A stretch of 64,000 nucleotides of DNA from Chiloscyllium plagiosum (Eukaryota), in NCBI RefSeq assembly GCF_004010195.1, contig NC_057752.1, positions 13,568,104 through 13,632,103 of the forward strand, given 5' to 3'. Positions 1 to 13,103 of the stretch are shown piece by piece. The notes below the pieces were generated by a model, which worked only from the letters and a program-made list of their open reading frames with translations, ran no database searches and was not told the origin of the DNA. Every line of letters begins with the position of its first letter. Position 1 is the first letter of the stretch. The position numbers and the translations under genes were made by a program.

Positions 1-470
1 GCTTTAGAGAGGGTGCAGAGGAGATTTACCAGGATGCTGCCTGGGCTGGAGGGCAGGTCTTATGTAGAAAGGTTAAGGGGGCCAGGGCTTTTTCTATCTG
101 AGCGAAGAAGGATGAGAGATTACTTGAGAGAGGTGTATAAGATGACGAGAGGCATAGATACAGTGGATAGCCAAAGACTTTTCCCCAGGGTGGAAATGTC
201 TATCATGAGGGGGCATAACTTTAAGGTGATGAGAGGAAGGTTTAGGGGCAATGTCAGAGGTAGGTTCTTTACACAGAGAGTGGTGGCTGTGTGGAATGCA
301 GTGGTAGGAGTGGTAGGAGACTCAGATATATTAGGGACATTTAAGCGACCCTGGGATAGGCACATGGATGATAGTACAATGAAGGGTGTGTAGGTTAGCT
401 TGATCTTAGAGTAGGTGAAAGGTCGGTATAACATCGATGGGCTGAAGGGCCTGTACTGTTCTATGTTGGA
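1..470 (+). mobile_element. CR1 LINE 3' end (ORF2 C-terminus and tail)
   Basis: QRRFTRMLPGL...FFTQRVV..WN motif and gggctgaagggcctgt tail. Confidence 0.9.
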
Positions 471-1769
471 AAGAGTGCGTTGCCTTATGAGGAAAGGTTG
501 GACATAGTAAGCCTGGATACTCTGGGGATTAGATTAAGAGGCGACCTGACTGAAACTTAAGATCCTGAGGGGACTTGACTGGGTAAATGCGGACCGCATT
601 CCTCTTGTGGAAGATTCTAGAACTACAAAATCTGGGCTCACCCAGTTAAAACAGAGATGAGGAGAAATTGTTTTCTCTCTCTCGCTCAGGGGGTCATACA
701 GCTTTGGAACGCTCTTTCTGAAAAGTTGTGGAAGCAGAATCTCACAGTATTTTTTACAGCTGAGGTACTGAATTAGCTTTATTGTCAAATGTACTCACAT
801 GAGTACAGTGAAAGGTTTACAAGTCACCACTTATGCCGCCATCTTAGGTATAAGATACCTAGGTATAGATTCTTCAGCACAAGTTCTTACGGAAAACAAA
901 TTGGAAAACTAAAGAAATAAAAAGTCCAACAATACAGATCGTCGGAATAAATTAGAAAAGTGAGAAATAAAAAGTTCACAACAATGCTCTTTCCAACCCA
1001 GTCCACCCTGGCACCTAGCTTCCAGTCCACGTCGGCCTTTCCCTTGAAGTAGATGTAGAGAGATTCTTGTTACGGGAGGAAGGTGGAAGATTATCAGGGT
1101 GTGAATGGAAGTTAAAATCAGATCTGCCCTTAACTTGCAAGGCAGCACAATGAACTGTTCTGCATGCCCTCGTCACTGGCCTGTCTACTTTGATGTTTTA
1201 ATTCAAGCCCAGGAGTGGGACTTGAACTTCAGAACCTTACAATGCAGAGGGTACCTGCTGAACTGTTCCTCAAACAGCACTGAAGAGTCATACAGCACAG
1301 AAACAAACTCTTTGGTCCAACTCATCCACGCCGACCAGATCTCCCAATCTGACAGAGTCCGATTTGCCAACATGTAGCCCATATCCCTCGAAACCCTTCC
1401 TGTTCAGAGAGGAATGAAAAGCCTTGGCAAAGATGGTTCCAATCGTGGAGAAATCCCACAATGACGGATCGGTCACCAATCCCACCGATTGGAAATTCAG
1501 GAGAATTCTCTTCAAAAGCAGTGAGAATGTGGAACTCCCTCCAAGGGAGGGGGAAATGGTTGGGGTGAACAGTCTGGATGCATTTAAGGGAAAGCTGAAT
1601 AAACAGATGAGGGAGGAAGAACATGTTGGCAGCATGTGGTTTGTGTGGTCGTTTGCGAACACAACCCACCCACTCCACTGATTCACTGGGTCCTTCAAGC
1701 AGCAAGGATTCAGACAGTCAGTAAGCATACCCTGTAGTACGGAGAGTCTGGCTAGCATAGGTAGCAGAA

Positions 1770-3690
1770 GGCCAGAAGATAAAGGAGCAGTATTAGGCCA
1801 TTTGGCCCATCGAGTCTGCTCTGCCATTCAATGATGTTTGTCAACCCCATTCTGCTGCCTCCTCCTCATAACCCTTGATCCCTTAATCAATCAAATCTAT
1901 CTCTCTCTCTTAAATACACGGCTGTGTATTAAACACACTCAGTAACTCGGCCTCCACAGCTCTCTGCAGCAATGGGTCCCACAGATTCCCCACCTTCTGG
2001 CTGAAGAAATTCCTCCTTATCTCCGTTCTTAAGGGTTGTTCCTTCACTCTGAGACGGTGCCCTCGGGTCCTACTCTCTCCTCCGAGAGGAATCATCTTCT
2101 CCATGTCTATTCTATCCAGGTCTCTCAGTATTCTGTAAGTTTCAATCAGATCCCCCCCTTCATCATTCCAAACCCCATCGAGTACAGACCCAGAGTCCCC
2201 AACCCCTCCTCATACGACAAACCCTTCATCCCCAGGCTCATTCTTGTAAACCCCCTCCAAGGCCCGCACATCCTTCCTTAGATACAGGGCCCCAATACTG
2301 CTCACAATATTCCAAATATGGTCTGACAGGAGCCTTATACAGCCTCAGCAGTACATCCCTGCTCTTGTATTCTAACCCTCTCACAATGAACGCTAACATT
2401 GCATTTACCTTCCTAACTGCCAACTGAACCTGCATATTAACCTGAAGAGAATCTAGAACTGGGACTCCCAAGTCCCTTTGAGCTTCAGATTTCTGAAACC
2501 TTTCCCTATTTTGAAAATAGTCTACATTGCTATTCTTCCCACCAAGTGACTTCCTCAACACTCTGTCCCTTCACCTACCCTTGTGTCATCGGCAAACTTA
2601 GTAATAATGCCTTCAGTTGTTTTCCAGATCATTAATGAATAACGTGACTAGTTGTGATCCCAACACAGTTCCCCTGCAGATCACCAATAGTCACCAGCTG
2701 CCATCCTGAAAAAGACCCCTTTATCTCCACTCTCGGCCTCCTGCCCATCAGCCAATCCTCTTTCCATACCAGTACCTTGCCCCTCACACCATGGGCTCTT
2801 ATCCTATTGAGCAGCCTCCTGTGCGGCACCTCGTCAAAGGCCTTCTGGAAATTCATATTGGTCATGGCCATTGGCTCTCCTTTGTCTGACTTGCTCATTA
2901 CTTTCTCAAAGAATGCTAACAGATTTATCAGGCATGACCTCCCCTTGATGAAGCCGTGCTGATTAAGCCCTATTTTAATGTGCACATCTAAGTACTCCAC
3001 AATCTCACCCTTAATAACGGACTCTAACATCTTACCAATGACTGATGTCAGGCTAACCAACCTATAGTTTTCTATCTTCTGCCTCCCTCCCTTCTTAAAC
3101 TGAGGGGGGGGGGGTGTTATATTAACCATTTTCCAGTCCTCTGGGACCCTCCCTGACCCCAGTGATTCCTGGAAGATCACCACCAATGCCTCTGCAATCT
3201 CCTCAGCTCTCTCCTTCAGAACTCTGGGATGTAGTCCATCAGGTCTGAGTGATTTATCCACCTTCAGCCTCCCCAGCACCTTCTCCTTAATGATGGCCAC
3301 TGCACTAACCTCTGTCCCCTGACTCTCTTGAAGCTCTGGTATGCTGCTGGTGTCTCCCACTGTGTAACCTGATACAAAATTCCTGTTCAGTTCCTCTTTG
3401 TTCCCCAGTGCTACGTCTCCAGCCTCATTCTCCAGTGGCCCAATGTCCACTCTTGCCTCTCTCTTACCCTTTAGATATCGAAAAATACTCTTGCAATCTT
3501 CCGTTATATTATGAGCTAGCTTACTCTTAAATTTCATCTTCTTCCCCCTTATTGCTGTTTTTTTTAGTTATTCTCTGCTGGTTTTTAAAGTCTTCCCAAT
3601 CCTCTGGCTTCCCACTAATCTTCACCACACTGTATGCGTGTTCCTTTTGCTTTTATGTTGTCCCTGACTTCCCTCGTCAGCCGTTGTCTC
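1770..3690 (-). mobile_element. CR1 LINE ORF2 (RT), degraded
   Basis: ORF 2632-3537: PDGLHPRVLKE, NYRLVSLTS, QHGFIKGRSCLINL, FQKAFDEVPH; ORF 2238-2561: RPYLEYC. Confidence 0.92.
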
Positions 3691-4194
3691 GTCCTCCCCA
3701 CAGGCCCTGGCTTTTTTTTGTGCCCTTCAGCAACAGGACAAAAATAGCTGGCTCTAACCAGCTGCTACTGTTTTGTTTCCATTATGAAGGAAGAGATAGC
3801 AGGACGTTACAAGAGAAAAGCTTAACCTAATCAGCGTCAACATCGCTTTGTGAAAGTAGCGTCTAGACCCTTCCAGAATAGTGCATGCTGGGAAAAAGGG
3901 GGAATGTTTCTCTTCCCCTGGCAATCTGAAGTGCTGTCAGAATGGAAACACACCTCCACGTTTCCGAGGGAGCCCTGAGTGGAACCTTTATTTATTTAAA
4001 AAAAGGTGGAGTGGCAACGTGTGTGAGATTAGCACTCCTCTGAAAATCTGGCCCGTCTACCTCACAGTTAATGTAACTGGTGATGTAGGAAACCACTTGC
4101 TGTTAGCATCATGCTCCGTCACATCGTTGTGGTTGAGTTTGCATCCAGTGTGACTGCACGTCAACTGAAGTATGTATTGCCTGCGAAGTGCTTT

Positions 4195-4880
4195 AGAACG
4201 CAGAACAGTACAGCACAGGAACAGGCCCTTTGGCCCACCATGTTGTGCCGAACATGATGCCAAACTAAACTAAACCTTTCTGCCTGCCCTTGGCCCATAT
4301 CCCTCCATATTCATGTGCTTATCTAAAAGTCTCTTAAATGCCCCTAACCTCCCTCCCTCCACCACCATCCAGACCCCTACCACTCCCTGTGTAAAAAACT
4401 TGTCCCTCACATCTCCTTTGAACTCTCCCCTCCTCATCTTGAATGCATGCCCCCCAGCTTTCGAGATTTCGTCTCTGGGAAAAAGATTCTGACTGTTAAC
4501 CCTATCTATGCATCTCATCATTTTATAGACTTCTATAGAGTCTCCTCCTCAGCCTCTGCTGCTTCAGAGAAAACAACCCAAGTTTTTCTAGCCTCTCCTT
4601 ATAGCTCAGACCCTCTAATTCAGGCAGCATCCTGGTAAACCCCTTCTGCACCCTCTCCTTAGCCCCCACACCCTTCCCATAGTATGGGGACTAGAAGTGA
4701 ATGCAATACTCTAAGTGTGGCCTAACCAAAGTCTTATAAAGCTGCAACATAACATCCTGACCCTAGTACTCAATTCCCTGACCAATAAAGGCAAGCATGC
4801 CCGCTTTACCACCCTATCTACTTGTATGGGCACTTTCAGGGAACCCCAAGATCCTTCTATCCATCAATGCTGTTCAAGGT
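4195..4880 (-). mobile_element. CR1 LINE 3' fragment
   Basis: KFFTQGVV motif and agaacagtacagcacaggaacaggccc tail. Confidence 0.85.
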
Positions 4881-5292
4881 CCTTTGCAGCATCGAGCCAG
4901 TGATGGGCGATACAGAAATGTAAGCCTGGCTTTCCTTCGCCATCAGTCAGAAGGGGGCGGAGTGTGTAGGGTCTGAGAACAGGCTACACACAATCATTCT
5001 TCGAGGATGCATCCATCTTTGCATGTGCTGCCAATGGGTCTGAAAGGGTTAATGCTGAGGAGTGCCTTAAGCACCACCTCACTGTGACAATGTCATGGGC
5101 TTGTGGGCAAAGCAGCTCGGAGGAGTGAGACTCAATGCCTGAGCTTCCTCACAGACTGTTTCAAGGTCCACCATAACTTGCAACTAGTGATCAACATGCA
5201 AAGAGTGGGATCTCATTCACTACAAGAACCTCTTCCAGTCAGACCAGGAAGTGGCTTTCCTTGACCAGACTGGACCAAGCAGACCCTGCTGT

Positions 5293-6135
5293 AGAACACA
5301 GAACAGTACAGCACAGGAACAGGCCCTTCGGCCCACCATGTCTGTGCTGACCATGATACCATTCTAAGCTAATCCCATCTGCCTGCCCATGGTCCATGTC
5401 CCTCAATTCTCTGCCTGTTCATATGTCTGTGTAAATGCCTGTTCGATGTTGCTGTTGTATTGGGTTTTACCACCTCCCTCCGGCAGCGTGATGCAGACAC
5501 CTACCACCCACTGAGTAAAAAACGTTCCTCACACATCTCCTTTACACTTGCCCCCTCTCACGATAAACCTACTCCCCCAAGGTTTGACATTCCCACCCTA
5601 GGAAAAAGACTCCGACTACCCACCCTATCCATGACCCTGATAATTTTATATCCTTTGAACAGGCTTTCCCTTCAGTCTCCGAGGCTCTAGTGAAAACAAT
5701 CCAAGTTTATCCAATCTCTCCTGGTAGCTCATACCCTCCAATCCTGGTAAACTCCTGTCCAAAACTTCCACATCCTTCCTATAGTGTGGGGACCAGAACT
5801 GCACCTACCATCCTGATCTCTAAGCATTTTTGAATAAGATTATCCCTCATTCTTCTAAACGAGAGAAATTATGGGTTCAGTCTATTTAATCTTTCCTGAT
5901 AGGACAGTTCTTTCATTCCAAGAATTACTTTATTGAACTTCTTTGCACACTTTCTATAGCAAGTATGCCTCTTGTTTGAGAAGGAGACCAAAACTACACA
6001 CTATACAACCAAGTGTGATCTTGCCAACACTTCATATCTAATTGCAGTAAGACATATTTACTGTGATTCTGGAATCTTTTGGAATAAAGATCAATTTACC
6101 ATTGCCTTAATTGCTCGCTGTACCTGCATGCTACA
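5293..6135 (-). mobile_element. CR1 LINE 3' fragments (two degraded pieces)
   Basis: Same tail as the 4195 copy; reverse complement of the VQFWSP region. Confidence 0.75.
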
Positions 6136-6139
6136 AGTG

Positions 6140-6320
6140 TTGGGGGTTGATTTAGCTCAGTTAGCTGGATGGCTGGTTTGTGATGCAGAATGATGCAAAC
6201 AGCATGGATTCATTTCCTGCTGAGGTTACCATGAGGTTATCTTCTCATCCACTTCCTCCCTTGAGATGTGATGACCCTCTGGTTAAACCAACACCAATCA
6301 TCTCTCTCTAAGAGCAGCCA
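6140..6320 (+). mobile_element. tRNA-derived SINE, degraded
   Basis: tagctcagttag A-box-like head; body resembles 31240-31345. Confidence 0.5.
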
Positions 6321-6332
6321 AGAGTTCAGTAG

Positions 6333-7097
6333 TTGCCACTGGGTGGTGGGGATCCCCATTGGAGGGCTCTCTACGCGGGAGTCCTCTCCCTTTCTCTCGG
6401 GGATCTGGGGTGGAGGGTGTTGCACGCAGCAGTCCCCTGCAAACGCAGATTGCGGTGGTTCACGGACTCCCAGCCCAACTGCTTGTTCTGTGGCACTGTG
6501 GAGTCCGTGGATCACGTGTATATTGGGTGTGGGCGTTTGCACTCCCTTTTTGATTTTCTTAAAAACCTCCTCCTCTGCTTTTGGTTGCACTTCAGTCCCA
6601 CGCTCCTGATCTTCGGGCACCCGGTACGGAGGAGGGAGGGCAGGTCTGAAGACCACCTCGTGGGTCTGCTCCTGGGTCTGGCCAAACTAGCCATCAACAG
6701 GTCCAGGCAGCGGGCCATGGAGGGGGTCGTTAGGGCCGACTGCCTGCCCCTCTTCCGCGGTTACATTAGAGCTCGGGTGTCTCTGGAGAAGGAACACGCG
6801 GCGTCTACCAACACCCTCAAGATTTTCAGGGAGAGGTGGGCACTGCAGGGAGTGGAGTGTATTATTTCCCCATCCAACTCTACTTTGATTTAACCCCTGC
6901 CCTCCCCATCACTGTTTGATCATGCAGCATTGCTCTCTGAGAAGGGCACTCCTTGTCCCTGGTCACCTGGGTGTTTCCTTTCTTCCTGGTGGTGGAATAG
7001 ATATAAAGATTTGTCCACCTGTTGTCTTTCCCTGTGTCTCACACCTGCACTATACCGCTGATAGGCAGTAGTGTGGGGGTAAGGGGTTAAAAAAAAA
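6333..7097 (+). mobile_element. Tx1/L1-clade LINE 3' end (zf-RVT CCHC domain, 3' UTR, poly-A)
   Basis: ORF 6333-6893: 'DLGWRVLH...CLFCGTVESVDHVYIGC' and 'LLLGLAKLAI'; A-run at about 7089-7097. Confidence 0.85.
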
Positions 7098-7319
7098 CCC
7101 AGGAGATTTAGAATTTCCTCAGTTTAGGGAACTAACTCTGTGCTGGCTGGGCTACAGTCAGTGTGTTCCTGGTAAAGAAAACTATATTAATAGGGGATTT
7201 AGAATCCCCTCAGGTCAGGACACTGACTCTGATCTGACAGGTCACAGCCAGTGTAATGAGCTCAAGTAAATAAAGGGTGACTTAGTGACGGGAAACCAGC
7301 CTCTGTGCAGTTATTTCAT

Positions 7320-8520
7320 CCACCAACTTTCATATTGTCTGCAAACGTACTAATCAGACCACTTGACATTTTCATCCAAATCATTTATGTACATAATTAC
7401 AAACAGAGATCCCAGCGTTGATACTGGTTGAACACCACTGGTCACAGACCCCCAGGCAATAAAACGCGCCCCCACAACTACCCTCTGGTCTTCCATGGCC
7501 AAGTCAATTTTATATCTAACATCAACTCACCATGGATCCCACGTGACTTAATGTTCTGGACCAGCCAATCAAGAGGAACCTTGTCAAATGCTTTACTAAA
7601 AGTCCATGTCGACCACATCCTCTGACCTACCCTCTATCATATTCATCACTTCCTCAAAAAGCAGAACCAGTTCGGTTAGACAAGACCTCCCCTGCACAAA
7701 GCTGTGCTGACTATCCCTGATAAGTCCATTCTTCTCCAAATGCAAGTGAGTCCTGTTCCGAAGAACCTTCTCCAATAATTTCCCGACCACTGATGGAAGG
7801 CACACCGGCCTCTAATCTCCTGGATTATCCCTGTGGTCGCTCTTGAACAAAGGGACGACACTGGCTATTCTCCAGCCTTCTGGGACCTCACCTGTGACGA
7901 AAGGGGATACAAAGATCTCTGCCAAGGCCACCTTGTCTCCTTCAGGATCCAATCAGGCCCTGGGGACTTATCTTCCTTAAATGTTTTTCAAGACACCCAA
8001 CATCCTCTCCTTAAAGCAAGATGTCCTCGAACATCAACATAATCCTCTCTAAATTTATCATCACCCACATCTTTCTTCTTGGGGAATGTTGATGCCAAGT
8101 ACTCATTAAGGACCTCACCCACTTCCTATGTCTCCACACAAACTGGCTCCTTTGTCCTGGAGTGGACCTACTTTTTTCCTAGTTACTCTCTTACTCCTAA
8201 TATCCATGTAAAACACCTTGGGACACTCATTGATCCTTATAGCAAAGGACATTTCCTGGCCCCCTCTAACTCTCCTTATTCCTTCAAGTTATTTCCTGCT
8301 TTCTTGGGTATTTGATTGGTTTCCTAAACCTTACATATGCTTCCTTTTTCTTTACATCTCTCATTGTCCAAGGTTCCTGAATCTGGCCATCCTGGTCTTT
8401 CATCCTCTCAGGGAAATGCTGGTCCTGAACTCGGGTTTTAAAAGACTCCTGTCAGATGGGCCCCCAGTTCCTGCCTAATACTGTTGTAATTTGCCTTCCC
8501 TCAATTTAGCACTTTTACCC
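7320..8520 (-). mobile_element. CR1 LINE ORF2 fragment, degraded
   Basis: VVGKLLEK...SQHSFVQGRSCLT...DVVDMDF. Confidence 0.85.
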
Positions 8521-8829
8521 ACTTTCATCAGGAGCTACAGCTTGTACGGTGCAGAGTTGGCATAGCCAGACAACGAAAAGGATGCCTAATTTCTCCTCTA
8601 ACTACCCCAGGGTCAAGCCCACATGACCTCTATATTAATGAGTGACACAAAGTTTCCTGCTTGCCGTCCTCCCTTTGACTTGTACAAGGGTGTCACATCA
8701 GCAGTTTTTCCATCTGCTGGAAACTTCCCAGAATCCAGTTAGAAACATTTCAACTAATGTCTCCACTACCTCTGCCGCCCCTTCCTTTAAAAGCATTGGA
8801 TGCAGGTGATCAAATCCTGGTGATCTCTC

Positions 8830-9815
8830 TGTCTGTATCCAAGGGCCCGAACACACCTTCCAGGTGAAGCAGCACTTTACCTGCACTTCCCCACAATCTA
8901 GTCAACCACACTCGCTGCTCACAATGTGCTCTCCTCTACATTGGGGAAACGAAGTATAGACTGGGGGACCGTCTACACAGAACGCCTATGTTCTGCCTAC
9001 ATACAAGACCCCTGAGCTTCCAGTTGCCTGCCAGTTTAACACCCCACCCTGTTCTCTGGCCAACGTCTCGGTCTCAGGCTTGCTGCAGTGCTCCAGGGAA
9101 GCTCAGCACAAGCTGGAAGAACAGCACCTCATTTTCCACTCGGGAACGCTGCAGCCTTTAGGACTCATTATCGCGTTCAATAACGAGGGCTTGATCTCTC
9201 CCATGTCCTTACTCCTACCCCCACACACCAGGCCTTGTTATCATTTAGTCTGCTATTACACGCATTGTTAGCCAATAATTATCCCCATTAGTAGCTACTT
9301 CATTCTCCCAGCCAGATCATTATCCACTCCTTTGTCTGTCCAGCTGTTCTCCTCTCCCCCCACTCTACCTTCAGCATAAAAAACATTTTCCTCGCTACCA
9401 TCAGTTCTGAGGAAGGGTCACTGCCTCACAGCACCAGATTTGATTCCAGCCTTGGTGACTGTCTGTGTGGAGTTTGCACGTTCTCCCTGTGTCTGCGAGG
9501 GTTTCCTCCAGTTTCCTCCCACAGTCCAAAGATGTCCAGGTTAGGGTGAATTGGCCATGTTAAATTGCCCCATAGTGTTAGGTGTGTCAGTCAGAGGGAA
9601 ATGGGTCTGGGTGGGTTACTCTTCGGAGGGTCGGCGTGGACTTGTTGGGCCAAAGGGCCTGTTTCCATATTGTAAGGAATCTAATCTAAAAAAACCGAAA
9701 CATTAACTCTGATTTCTCTCCACAGATGCTGCCAGACCTGCTGAGCTTTTCCAGCAATTTCTGTTTTCGTTTCCAGTTTCCAGCATCTGTAGTTCTTTCG
9801 GTTTTAATTTTGTCT
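8830..9815 (+). mobile_element. Penelope-like element 3' part (GIY-YIG endonuclease remnant and pLTR), interrupted by an HE1 SINE
   Basis: TFQVKQHFTCTS...CSQCALLYIGETK...RLG and 'KLEEQHLIF'; pLTR hammerhead halves at about 9407 and 9695. Confidence 0.8.
9419..9693 (+). mobile_element. HE1-type (V-SINE) tRNA-derived SINE
   Basis: ctgtctgtgtggagtttgcacgttctcc...gtttcctcccacagtccaaagatg core; aatctaatct tail. Confidence 0.88.
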
Positions 9816-10081
9816 TGCCTTTAGCCCTATTGAGTTGGTCACATATTTTCTCCCTCGTGACTGAGACTGCGTTGTCTCTGGGGCCGTCGCAGTGTGCGCC
9901 ACTATCGGTGAAGACCGATGCTAAAATATTGTTGGAAATTATCAACCGTTTAGGAACAGAGGAACAGGAGTAGGCCATTCAGCCCCTCGAGCCTGTTCTG
10001 CCATTCAATGAGACCGTGACTGATCTGTGGCCTAACTCCACCGGACTGCCCCTCAGTTACCCTGCACTCTGAATAACCTAC

Positions 10082-10262
10082 CTGTGTCGGCCGTGTTGGG
10101 GTTGAAGATGGTGTTGCTGTAGGTGACGAACTGCAGTTGCCGGTTCAGGTTGTCGAGGCGAGGGCTCGACAGGGACATGTGCACCTGCCCTTCGCCTTGG
10201 ATCGTCACCTCGTCCACCTCGGCCGCCACGTCAAAGGTTCCCAGCGTCGCCGTCAGGTTGAC
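10082..10262 (-). CDS. B4GALNT1: Internal exon of beta-1,4-N-acetylgalactosaminyltransferase 1 (GM2/GD2 synthase)
   Basis: ttccAG / GTaggt; 181 bp; [26 protein letters not shown]...[25 protein letters not shown] resembles human 'VNLTASLGTWDVAGEV...LDQLNRQLQLVTYSS...TNTADT'. OS9 is a known neighbour of B4GALNT1. GC- and CpG-rich relative to its flanks. Confidence 0.9.
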
Positions 10263-10436
10263 CTGGAAGGCAGAGATTTTGCTCACTGTTAATCGCAGCC
10301 TCCTTGGGCGTTTGTGTTTCATGTGTCATTTGGAAGGCGTCTAAACGCTCAGAAAACGGATATTTGGATGCTCCTGTGTCGCAGCTAATGAACTAGGTGT
10401 GTCTTGTGTAACTTGAAGGACCAAATTGGAACTATG

Positions 10437-10795
10437 TTCATGAGGGGCATGGATAGGGTAATTGGACAAGGCCTTTTCCCTGGGGTGGGGGAGTCCAGAA
10501 CTAGAGGGGCATAGGTTTAGGGTGAGAGGGGAAAGATATAAAAGGGACCTAAGGGGCTACTTTTTCCAAACAGAGAGTGGTACGTGTATGGAATGAGCTG
10601 CCAGAGGAAGTGATGGAGGCTGGTACAATTATAGCATTTAAAAGGCATCTGGATGGGTATATGAATAAGAAGGGTTCAGAGGGATGGTGGGCCAAATGCT
10701 GGCAAATGGGACTAGATTGCGTTGGGATATCTGGTCGGCATGGACGGGATGGACCGAAGGGTCCTTTTCCATGCTGTGCATCTCTCTGGCTCTTT
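10437..10795 (+). mobile_element. CR1 (HER1-like) LINE 3' end
   Basis: VRVWNELPEEV...FKRHLDGYMN. Confidence 0.9.
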
Positions 10796-11884
10796 GTGGT
10801 GTTCACTTATTTGTAACACAAGATTGTGTGACGTTTGGAGGTGCTGGACATGGTCCTACTGACACCTGGGTTAAAAAGTGCCAAGCAACAGATTTTATAG
10901 TTCAGTTGGACTTTGCCACAGAACTGAGAGAAGGAGCAATTGCATTTGGACCTCTAAAGGTTTGCAGGTGAGAGAAAAAGCAATGGACCACTCTGAAAAC
11001 AAGAGCTTCAAACTCAAACAAAGACCTAGGTCCAACCGACCGGCTACCAAGTTGACTATCTTCCACGGTTGACGAGACCATCTCCAAAAATCAAAAGAAC
11101 TGAGAGAATGACACCTCCTTCCATCCTTGTCATTGGTACACTTGACCTACAAAATGTATTCCTTATGATGATATTGTCATGGTGGTACTCTGCGTCCTAT
11201 TTGAATGATTTTGTCTGTGTGTGTTTGGATTTAAAAGGGGAATGTTTTAAGTTTAGGAGCGGATCATGCATTTTGCCACTTGTTCAAAGATAGGCTTGTT
11301 GCAATAAATAAGTCAATGAGACTAATCCCTGGGATGAGCAGATTCCCTTCAGAGGAAAGGCTGGACAGTAAGTTAGCTTTCAAATCTTACAACAGTTCGT
11401 GTCCAATAAGTCACATCAGTTGTCACAGATGTAGGTTCATGGAATTTGAGTATTGTCATTTTCTCTGTCATCTTTTTGACTGCTGTCTGAAATGCTTAAT
11501 GTAGTAATATTAGCAGGACAGGAGACTAGTCTTGTGAAACAGCTATGATGTATGATAAACATAAAAAGGTTATCCTAAAATAATGCTCTCTTATTCTTCT
11601 GGTGATGGTGATTATGATTGAGAGAGTGTACTGCTCATCCTTCTCTGACGGTAGAGCTTGCTGACACCAGCAACTGGGGCAAATGGGAATGAACACTCAT
11701 TCTGGAACGTTCATGCACACGGAGACAGATGCACTTTACACGTTCAAATGCAGTATTGTGCACGTGATTTTGAAATATGGTTCATCTGTGTTGACGGGAG
11801 TGGGGGTGGGTGCTCCAGAGTCAGGTGGGAAGGTGACCAAAACCTCGGGATGGTTGGGGTGATGGGGGGGGGGGGGGGGGGTGT

Positions 11885-12320
11885 GGTGGTGTTCCCATGT
11901 ATCTGCTGCCCTTGTCCTTCTAAATGGTGATGAGTCATGGGTTTGGAAGGTGCTGTCTGAGGATCTTATGTGAATTCCTGCAGTGCATCTTGTAGATGGT
12001 ACACACTGCTGCTACTGAGCGTCGGTGGGGGGAGGGAGTGGGTGTTTGTGGATGTGGGGCCAATCAAGCGGCTGTTTTGACCTGGATGGTGTTGAGCTTC
12101 TTGAGTGTTGTTGGAGCTGCCCCCATCCAGGGGCAAGTGGGGAGTATTCCATCACACTCCTGACTTGTGCCTTGGAGATAGTGGGACAGGCTTTGGGGAG
12201 TCAGGAGGTGAGTTACTCATGACAGGATTCCTCACCTCTGACCTGCTCTTGTAGTCATTGTACTCATACAGCTGGTTCAGTTCAGTTTTGGGTCAATGGT
12301 AACCCTCCAGGACGTTGATG
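11885..12320 (-). mobile_element. L2/CR1-superclade LINE 3' fragment
   Basis: Reverse complement encodes EYSPLA.W.GAAPTTLKKLNTIQ; same family as 35990-36440 and 46800-47860. Confidence 0.75.
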
Positions 12321-13103
12321 AAAATGACCTTTCATTTCCCAGAGGAGAAGGAAATTTCATCCACTACCAATCAACTCAGTGTCCATGCTGGTGCCAGATA
12401 TGAAAGAACAACTGTGCTATCTCATCTCTGCATCCCGTAAATAACCATTGGCTCAGTTACAGACAGATGAATCCTTCAGGAAGGGAGGGATGTAAATAAT
12501 GAAGAGCAGCTTACACACTCACAACAGGCAGATCGAAAATTGCAGCATGATTTACACTGTTATCCATATGTGCAGAAGCAAGCTAGGGACTCAATGGGAA
12601 ACATCCATGCCTCGGACCCAGAAGCTCGGAGTTCACATCCCACTCCGGGACATAACAGACAAGGAAGAAGGTGTGTACATAATGCAGCTTGTGTATCAAC
12701 GTGGAAGACCGAGAATGTACACCCGTAGTAGGCAGTAAGAGGGCTAATGCCACGTGACAGGATGGAAATTAGAACCTTTCCCATCACTGTTGATAGCTCC
12801 AGACTACAAGACACAGGCTCCGTGCACATTGCAACTCATGGGAGTGTTATACAACAACGCATGACACAGGTCACACTGGGGGAGGTCAGGTCACCGGCTC
12901 AAGGAATTTCTCGAAGGCTTGAGAGAGAGAAATCGAGGGCTTTCGAGACGGGATAGTGGAGATGACTACAGACATTCCGGCAACTCTGATTGGGAAAGGC
13001 GGCTAGTACAGACAGAGGAATTTGTAAGCAAACCACACAGAGCAGGCTCAGACAGCATGTTCAACATGTCTCTACACCTTGGTCACAAACAACAACTTGA
13101 ACA

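Noticed and set aside
11863..11882. Poly-G runs (also about 38580 and 63503) as G-quadruplex elements
   Set aside because: Simple homopolymers in or beside repeats; the 63503 run is the poly-C part of an OS9 polypyrimidine tract.
12480..13060. Possible Gypsy integrase (LHTHNRQIENC)
   Set aside because: No DDE motif; parts look more like a very old CR1 (KLGVHIPLR). Not assignable.
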